From positions 1 to 64,000 of the IMG/VR virus record IMGVR_UViG_3300008267_000009: a DNA stretch of 64,000 nucleotides; one strand, written 5' to 3'. This DNA comes from a virus. Below, piece by piece: positions 57,900 through 64,000 of this stretch. The position numbers and the translations under genes were made by a program. The notes under the pieces were generated by a model. That model saw only the letters and a list, made by a program, of their open reading frames with translations, was not told where the DNA came from and did no database searches. The stretch's first letter is position 1, and each line of letters begins with the position of its first letter.

Positions 57900-58324
57900 A
57901 CGATAAAATACATAAAGTTTTAAAGTTATCTAGAGCAAAAGACGAACTAGTTTCCTGGTGCTACCCAGATAAAAAAAGATATTTATATTCTTATTCTCAA
58001 GTTAAAAAGAATATGGAAAACGCTTACGATATTAATCAAGTTGGATTTATGCTTAACAAGCACAAAGTTACAATAATAGATTATATATTAGAAGGAAAAA
58101 TATCTGCTCCTCAGAAGGTGTACCCTATTGGAAATCCAGGTAGTAAATGGTCTAAGTATATGTTTAGTCAAAAAGACATTTTAGACATACATGAATTTAT
58201 TTTAGACTCTGGACATTCTTTAGAGTTGCCATCACGCTCAGAATTATTAGCTCTTCTCAAACACAACATTATATTGTATACTAAGACCGATAACGGATTC
58301 GTACCAGTATGGAAGGCGGAGTAA
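57845..58324 (+). CDS. Putative HTH DNA-binding protein
   Basis: YDINQVGFMLNKHKVTIIDYILEGKI..P resembles MerR/excisionase-type HTH. Confidence 0.55.
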   Translation: MAREKRNSKSKSLRYFFLNDKIHKVLKLSRAKDELVSWCYPDKKRYLYSYSQVKKNMENAYDINQVGFMLNKHKVTIIDYILEGKISAPQKVYPIGNPGSKWSKYMFSQKDILDIHEFILDSGHSLELPSRSELLALLKHNIILYTKTDNGFVPVWKAE

Positions 58325-58434
58325 TGGCAAGTAGCAGAATTGTAATTTGCCCAGATTGTAACAAAGAGCTTGAAGTTAGATCTGATTTTGCACACCTAAC
58401 ATTATCTAACCATATTAAAAAGGAGCATAAATGA
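58324..58434 (+). CDS. C2H2 zinc-finger mini-protein, 36 aa (not in ORF track)
   Basis: MASSRIVICPDCNKELEVRSDFAHLTLSNHIKKEHK; TAATG and ATGA coupling on both sides. Confidence 0.65.
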   Translation: MASSRIVICPDCNKELEVRSDFAHLTLSNHIKKEHK

Positions 58435-58634
58435 CAACGAGAGTTAAGGTAGACCTTTCATTTACACGTAATCTAGGCAATTATGAAAGCATTAAGATTG
58501 GTGTCGGCATAGAAGATGATGTAAGATCTGGAGAAAATGTTGATGCGGCAACAGAGCGTGTCTATAAGTTTGTTGAAAATAAACTAATTGAAAAGACAAC
58601 TGAGATAGAGAAAGAGCTAAAAGATGGCAAATAA
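58431..58634 (+). CDS. Hypothetical protein
   Basis: AAGGAG RBS; TRNLGNYES motif. Confidence 0.7.
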   Translation: MTTRVKVDLSFTRNLGNYESIKIGVGIEDDVRSGENVDAATERVYKFVENKLIEKTTEIEKELKDGK

Positions 58635-58947
58635 TAAAGAGCCTTACATAATGCTGACTTTATATCAAAACCTATACAAGCAAAAATATAACACTGCTCC
58701 TAAAATTAATAAGTTTAGAGAAAAGTGGGCTATGCAAGATGTTATAGATAGCGTAGGTCTAGAACGTGCAATAGAGATATTAGAGTATTACTTTAGTCTG
58801 CAAAAATCTGGGCACCCACTAAATTTCTTTTTCTATAATTTTGATAAAATGGAAGCTGCTATTATTGCTATTAAAAAAGATAAAGAGGCAAGGAAAGCCT
58901 TGCTAGAAAAAACTAAAACGTTAGTAGAAAAAGGCGGTATAGAATGA
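58624..58947 (+). CDS. Hypothetical protein upstream of helicase
   Basis: Coupled to dnaB by ATGA overlap. Confidence 0.65.
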   Translation: MANNKEPYIMLTLYQNLYKQKYNTAPKINKFREKWAMQDVIDSVGLERAIEILEYYFSLQKSGHPLNFFFYNFDKMEAAIIAIKKDKEARKALLEKTKTLVEKGGIE

Positions 58948-60191
58948 ATACTGAGGCAACATTAATTTCTGCAGTATGTAAGAATAAAGACATCAGTGTA
59001 CTTCTTGCTGATAATGTTGATGAAATTTTTACATCACATAGAGATATTTGGGAGGGCTTAAAGTCTTATTATTATAAGTTTAAAGCAGTTCCAGAAGTTG
59101 GTATTCTTCAAGAAAAGTTTAAAGACTTTGATCCAGACACAAACATTAAAGGCGAAACCGCATACTACTTGGATAAGTTAAAGAATGAATATCTTACTAG
59201 CAGAATTAAGAATATAATTCTTAAGGGTGGCTCTATGCTAAAAGAAGATGCTGCTTCAAGAGTTTTGTCTCAAATGCAAAGTCAGCTTTCTATGCTTAGT
59301 AAATTTACAAATAATGTTAGAGACCTAGAAGTTACAGATATTGAAAATGCTACTAAGCACTTTGAGTCAGTTAAACTTCGCTCTGCAACAATGGGTGGGT
59401 CCCCAGGAATTAAAACAGGGTTTGAAGCAATTGATTTAGCGTATCCAACTGGTATGGCTCCAGGACATTTAATTGTTGCTATTGGTTGGCCAGGACGAGG
59501 AAAAACTTGGTTTACATCTTACCTTGCATGTAAAGCTTGGGAGCAAGGATTTAAGCCAATGATTGTTTCTCTTGAAATGTCTCCAGAAAATATGCGTGAC
59601 CGCATTTACACAATGATGGGTTCAGGACTATTTCGTGCTAGCGATTTATCAAAGGGAGAAATTAATATTGATGATTTTCGTTCATGGGGACAAAAGAAGT
59701 TTGATAATAAAAACGGATTTGTTCTTGTCTCAAATGAGGGAATGTCAGAAGTAACTCCAGCAACCATTCAAGGTAAAATTGATCAGCATAAACCAGACCT
59801 AGTTATCTTAGACTATCACCAACTTTTTTCTGATAATAAAAAGAGTATGGGCGCAACAGAGCGTAATATGAATATATCTCGTGAGTTTAAAATGCTTGCA
59901 ATGACAAACAATATTCCTATTATTGATATTACTGCAGCGACAATGGATGATGTATCAGATCAAGATAATCCACCAATGCTTTCCCAAGTTGCTTGGTCTA
60001 AGGCTATCGAATATGATGCAGATATGGCTATTGCTATTCATAAGTATACTGGTACAAATATGATTGAGGTTGTATCTAGAAAGAATAGACATGGACAAGA
60101 ATTTGGAATGTATTTAGATTGGGACATCAACAGAGGTCTTGTAAAGGAAATATACGAAAACCCATTTGCAAATGACTCATCGAAGAATTAA
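58944..60191 (+). CDS. dnaB: DnaB-like replicative helicase
   Basis: GWPGRGKT Walker A, SLEM, ILDY, IEYDAD, KNRHG. Confidence 0.92.
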   Translation: MNTEATLISAVCKNKDISVLLADNVDEIFTSHRDIWEGLKSYYYKFKAVPEVGILQEKFKDFDPDTNIKGETAYYLDKLKNEYLTSRIKNIILKGGSMLKEDAASRVLSQMQSQLSMLSKFTNNVRDLEVTDIENATKHFESVKLRSATMGGSPGIKTGFEAIDLAYPTGMAPGHLIVAIGWPGRGKTWFTSYLACKAWEQGFKPMIVSLEMSPENMRDRIYTMMGSGLFRASDLSKGEINIDDFRSWGQKKFDNKNGFVLVSNEGMSEVTPATIQGKIDQHKPDLVILDYHQLFSDNKKSMGATERNMNISREFKMLAMTNNIPIIDITAATMDDVSDQDNPPMLSQVAWSKAIEYDADMAIAIHKYTGTNMIEVVSRKNRHGQEFGMYLDWDINRGLVKEIYENPFANDSSKN

Positions 60192-60474
60192 AAGATTTCA
60201 GGTTCAGGTTGAGTTTCATGATAATTCTCAACTTATAAGCTTAAGGCCTCAGTATGAAAACTTGTTAATTCAAGATATGCGTGGCAAAGGATACATCAGG
60301 GTACTTGACATAGATCCAGCTTTTTCGGTAGAATTTACTGGTGAAACATGGAAGTTCTTAATGAGCATTCATGGCGTTTATGTAGGAAAGAAGAAGGCAT
60401 GGCAATTAGAGGGTACAACACAGAACAAATTGATACCACGAGCTACTCACCAGCCCACATCAAGTCTGTCCTAA
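60172..60474 (+). CDS. Hypothetical protein
   Basis: ORF between helicase and primase. Confidence 0.6.
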   Translation: MTHRRIKRFQVQVEFHDNSQLISLRPQYENLLIQDMRGKGYIRVLDIDPAFSVEFTGETWKFLMSIHGVYVGKKKAWQLEGTTQNKLIPRATHQPTSSLS

Positions 60475-61397
60475 AATCTTTAGGGCTTAGTATAACTGGA
60501 GAAACTTCTAACGACTTTCTTTGCTACTGCCCATTTCATTCTAATAGACATACTTCAAGTTTTAGCGTTAGTCGTGAAAAGGGTGCATTTATATGCTTTA
60601 ACCCATCCTGCGGAGAAGCTGGAACACTACAAGAGCTAGTTAAAAGAATTACAAATAAAAATGAGTTTGAAGCTATGAGATTTATATCTTCAAAAGAATC
60701 CGAAGCTTTAGAAAATTTTGATGAACTACTTGCAGAATCACTAGAAGAAAAGCCAACTTTTGAAGAGTTCTCTAAAGAAACTCTTGCAAAATTAAACGAC
60801 GACCTTGTAACAGAATGGAGAGCACAAAAGTATTTTGAGTCCAGAGGCATTAAAATGGAGTCTGGAAAATACTTTAATTTAGGATATTCAAAGAATATGG
60901 ATATGGTAACGGTACCAGTACATAGCCCAGATGGAATGCCTATCGGTATTGTTGCTAGATCAATTGAAGGTAAAACTTTTAAAAATAGTACAAATTTGCC
61001 TAAGAGTAAAACGCTATTTAATATACACCGTGCTAAAAAAATTGGAGACCATGTAATAGTTGTTGAGTCTAGCTTTGATGCAATTCGTGTTCATCAAGCA
61101 GGATTTCCAAATGTTGTTGCTACTTTAGGAGGATTTCTTTCTACGGAACAACACAATTTGCTTAATAGGCATTTTAATAAAATAACTATAATGACAGATG
61201 CAGATACTGCAGGCAGGGAGCTAGGTAAAAGTATTGCTTCAAAATTAAAGTTTAAAGACCTATTGTGGGCTTCCTATGAATATGGTAGAATATATCCTCA
61301 TGATGCAAAAGATGCTGGCGATATGACCGATGAAGAAATAAAAATATGCATTAAAAATTCTGTTTCCGATATGGAATACAGATCTTGGAACTCGTGA
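60399..61397 (+). CDS. dnaG: DNA primase (CHC2 zinc finger + Toprim)
   Basis: CPFH...SFSV...CF..SC; VVES.FDA; D.D.AG; KD. Confidence 0.9.
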   Translation: MAIRGYNTEQIDTTSYSPAHIKSVLKSLGLSITGETSNDFLCYCPFHSNRHTSSFSVSREKGAFICFNPSCGEAGTLQELVKRITNKNEFEAMRFISSKESEALENFDELLAESLEEKPTFEEFSKETLAKLNDDLVTEWRAQKYFESRGIKMESGKYFNLGYSKNMDMVTVPVHSPDGMPIGIVARSIEGKTFKNSTNLPKSKTLFNIHRAKKIGDHVIVVESSFDAIRVHQAGFPNVVATLGGFLSTEQHNLLNRHFNKITIMTDADTAGRELGKSIASKLKFKDLLWASYEYGRIYPHDAKDAGDMTDEEIKICIKNSVSDMEYRSWNS

Positions 61398-61451
61398 TAT
61401 AATGAAAACACAGATGGATATATACCATCAACTACAAACAAGGAGATATAA

Positions 61452-62123
61452 ATGAGTATAGTAAAGGGTCTAAAAGACCTAAACAAGGCATTGGACAAGC
61501 CTACTTATAGCGGTGGAGAAGACAATAAAGGTCGCTGGCTAAAGATTGAAGATGGAGAAAGCGTAAAGATTCGCTTTTTGCAAGAGTTGGATCCAGACTC
61601 ACCAACATACAACGATAAGCTAGGTTGTGGATTTATTGCGTTAGAGCATACTAATCCAAAAGACTATCGTCGTAAAGCATTAGATACAATGGAAACAGAA
61701 GGTCGTGATTGGGCTAACGAGCAACATCGTAAAGACCCAAAGGCTGGTTGGAAAGCTAGAACACGTTTATATATTAACGTATTGGTGGATGACGGTAAGG
61801 AAGAGCCATACGTAGCAATTCTTTCACAAGGTACAAGCGGTAAAACAATTACGCCAACGCTAATTGAATATGCTGGTGAAATGGGAAGCATTTCAAACCT
61901 AATGTGGCGCATTAAGCGCTCAGGCTCAAAAACAGATACAAGTTATACAATCATTCCTTTAGCTAAGGATGAGACTCCTTTCGACTCATCTGGGCTAACA
62001 TTGTATGACTTAGAAAAAACTGCGGTTCGTCATGTTCCATATGCGGAACAAGAAGCATTCTATATGGGCGAATCTCAGGATAAAGAAGAAGCCTCTTCAA
62101 CAAGCAACAATTTGGAGTGGTAA
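61452..62123 (+). CDS. Single-stranded DNA-binding protein (gp32-like)
   Basis: WLKI.DGES..IRFL, R.Y.NV, IKRSG..TDT.Y, acidic tail ending in W; position between primase and polymerase. Confidence 0.7.
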   Translation: MSIVKGLKDLNKALDKPTYSGGEDNKGRWLKIEDGESVKIRFLQELDPDSPTYNDKLGCGFIALEHTNPKDYRRKALDTMETEGRDWANEQHRKDPKAGWKARTRLYINVLVDDGKEEPYVAILSQGTSGKTITPTLIEYAGEMGSISNLMWRIKRSGSKTDTSYTIIPLAKDETPFDSSGLTLYDLEKTAVRHVPYAEQEAFYMGESQDKEEASSTSNNLEW

Positions 62124-62130
62124 TTATATA

Positions 62131-62175
62131 CAATGAGGCCAGTCTATTGACTGGCCTCATTGCATATAGTAGAAT
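62131..62175 (+). promoter_or_regulatory. Perfect 14-bp inverted repeat overlapping a promoter
   Basis: CAATGAGGCCAGTC-tatt-GACTGGCCTCATTG; TTGACT(62147)-17nt-TAGAAT(62170). Confidence 0.65.
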
Positions 62176-62181
62176 AGCAAA

Positions 62182-62388
62182 ATGAAATCATACGACATAC
62201 CAGACCCATTTACGCAGTTTCGTATAGATAAATACAACCGCACAAAAGGATTACGATACGATTTCTTTTCTGGCGAATGGGACATGGAATGTGGTTGTTG
62301 TGGTGAGCCACTCAGTGCTCCAAACCGAAAGACTATGACAAAGATTAGACTTTATCATACTAGAAATGAATGTTTAGGCGGATACTAA
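62182..62388 (+). CDS. Small zinc-binding hypothetical protein
   Basis: CGCC...H....C; leaderless start. Confidence 0.6.
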   Translation: MKSYDIPDPFTQFRIDKYNRTKGLRYDFFSGEWDMECGCCGEPLSAPNRKTMTKIRLYHTRNECLGGY

Positions 62389-64000
62389 TGAATTTTACAC
62401 ATTTACATGTTCACTCCTACTATTCATTAATGGATGGACTAAATTCTCCAAAAGAGTTATGCCAAGCTGCCCTAGATGCTGGTCAAACTTCAATTGCAAT
62501 CACAGATCATGGTACAATTTCTTCACATAGAGATATGCAAATAGCAGCAAAAGAACTGGGCATAAAGCCTATTCTTGGCGTAGAGGCTTATATCTCTTCA
62601 ACAGATAGATTTGATAGATCTTCTAAAACAGATAAAAGTATACAAGCGTATAACCACATTATTTTATTGGCTAAAAACCAAATTGGTTTAAATAATATTA
62701 ATGTCTTGCAGGAAATTGCTTGGAACGAGGGTTTTTATCACAAGCCACGTATTGATAGAGAGGTTTTAAAAGAATATGCGGAAGGTATTATTGTTCTTAG
62801 CGGATGCCTTAATGGGCTTATTAGTAAGTGCATCGAAAAAGGCGAATTGGGAGAAGCAAAGCTTATACTCAAAGATTTTAAAAAAACTTTTCAAGAAGAT
62901 TTTTATGTTGAAGTACAGTCTCATAATCCGCCAGAAATAAACTCTGCTCTTCTTAAACTTGCTGATGAGCTTAAAATTAAGGCGGTGGCAACTGGAGATG
63001 CTCACTTTGCTAAAGAAGAAGATAGAGTATTAGAAGAAGCCATGCTTATTCTTTCAACATCTCCTAAAGTAGATAAAGATGCAGATGTTGAAATGTCTAG
63101 AAATATAAAGGACATTAATGAAAGATTAAACTATCTTTATCCAGATAGAAAAATATCATTTCAGGATATGAATTTGTTTATTCAAACTCGTTCCGAAATT
63201 GAGGCAGACTTTAATAAGTCAGGTATTAATCGAACAGACATTTACGATAATACCATGGAGATAGCCTCTAAAATTGAAGAATACGATTTTAACAGGGGTC
63301 TAGACCTATTGCCTGTACCTAAGACCAATGCCGACCAAAAGCTCCGCCAAATGGCCCTAGAAGGCCTTAAAAGGCTAAACAGGGACGAGGATCAGACCTA
63401 CCTAGATAGAATTGAAGAAGAGTTATCTATAATTAAAGATAAGGCATTTGCGTCCTACTTTTTAGTTGTTGCAGATATGATTAACTGGGCTAAAGGCCAA
63501 AATATTATGGTTGGTCCAGGTCGAGGTTCTGCTGCTGGCTCTTTAGTCTGCTATGCCCTTGGTATTACAGATGTAGATCCAATTGAATATAACCTACTGT
63601 TTTTTAGATTTATTAATCCAGAGCGTAATGACTTTCCAGATATTGATACAGATTTTGAAGATCGTCGTCGCAAAGAAGTTAAGGATTATTTAAAAAAGAA
63701 ATTTAAGCACGTTGCGTCTATTTCAACATATACTTATTTTAAAGATAAGGGTGTAATTCGTGATGCTGCTCGTGTATTTATGGTTCCACTTCAAGAAGTT
63801 AACCGTGCAACAAAACAAATAGACACGTTTGAAGATTTTTTAAGTTCTCCAAATACTAGAGAGTTTAGAGCCAAGTATCCAGAAGTTCAATGGTTGGCAG
63901 ATAAACTTCGTGGAAGAATTAGATCTGTAGGAGTACATGCTGCTGGTGTTGTTGTTGCAAAAGATGAACTTAGAAATTATGCTCCTGTAGAATCTAGAGC
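62388..64000 (+). CDS. dnaE: DNA polymerase III alpha subunit (runs off window end; not in ORF track)
   Basis: MNFTHLHVHSYYSLMDG, AITDHG, GVEAY, GPGRGSAAGSLVCYALGITDVDP, RFINPER.DFPDIDTDF. Confidence 0.95.
   Translation, partial: MNFTHLHVHSYYSLMDGLNSPKELCQAALDAGQTSIAITDHGTISSHRDMQIAAKELGIKPILGVEAYISSTDRFDRSSKTDKSIQAYNHIILLAKNQIGLNNINVLQEIAWNEGFYHKPRIDREVLKEYAEGIIVLSGCLNGLISKCIEKGELGEAKLILKDFKKTFQEDFYVEVQSHNPPEINSALLKLADELKIKAVATGDAHFAKEEDRVLEEAMLILSTSPKVDKDADVEMSRNIKDINERLNYLYPDRKISFQDMNLFIQTRSEIEADFNKSGINRTDIYDNTMEIASKIEEYDFNRGLDLLPVPKTNADQKLRQMALEGLKRLNRDEDQTYLDRIEEELSIIKDKAFASYFLVVADMINWAKGQNIMVGPGRGSAAGSLVCYALGITDVDPIEYNLLFFRFINPERNDFPDIDTDFEDRRRKEVKDYLKKKFKHVASISTYTYFKDKGVIRDAARVFMVPLQEVNRATKQIDTFEDFLSSPNTREFRAKYPEVQWLADKLRGRIRSVGVHAAGVVVAKDELRNYAPVESR

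Noticed and set aside
7836-61912. Numerous antisense or overlapping ORFs of 60-200 aa inside long genes
   Set aside because: They are reverse-frame shadows of biased codon usage, with no RBS or recognisable motifs
62766-63005. Minus-strand 79-aa ORF
   Set aside because: It is antisense to dnaE, which the track missed because it has no stop in the window
1-64000. Stop-codon reassignment
   Set aside because: Long genes are intact under the standard code, and TAA, TAG and TGA all end genes

Overview
A 64-kb slice of a large, AT-rich tailed dsDNA phage (siphovirus-type). The host is most likely an actinobacterium. That is an inference from leaderless extended -10 promoters, CRP/GlxR-type sites and DnaE-type replication genes. 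From left to right: (1) 1-1340, a leftward early-type region of tiny ORFs carrying host-factor motifs (DnaA boxes, TGTGA-N6-TCACA sites, a tandem 17-mer leader). (2) An accessory block with tRNA-Ile(UAU), deoC, an HNH protein, a promoter-and-terminator-bounded candidate small RNA, GT61 and GT4 glycosyltransferases, a secreted lysozyme-like protein, class II RNR and a holin-like gene. (3) A fibre/virion-decoration block ending in an FN3-(FFxPPx)28-Hint protein, followed directly by five prolyl-4-hydroxylase-like 2OG-Fe(II) oxygenases and two DUF6065-like proteins. This is the best candidate for an undescribed system: auto-processing, proline hydroxylation and possibly glycosylation of a virion polymer. 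(4) Portal, protease/scaffold, capsid, head-tail connectors, major tail protein, frameshifted chaperone, tape measure and tail-tip genes. (5) Metallophosphoesterase, DnaB, primase, SSB and a DnaE that runs off the window end. I recognised no terminase, integrase, CRISPR array or reverse transcriptase in the window. All product calls come from reading motifs by eye, not from database searches.
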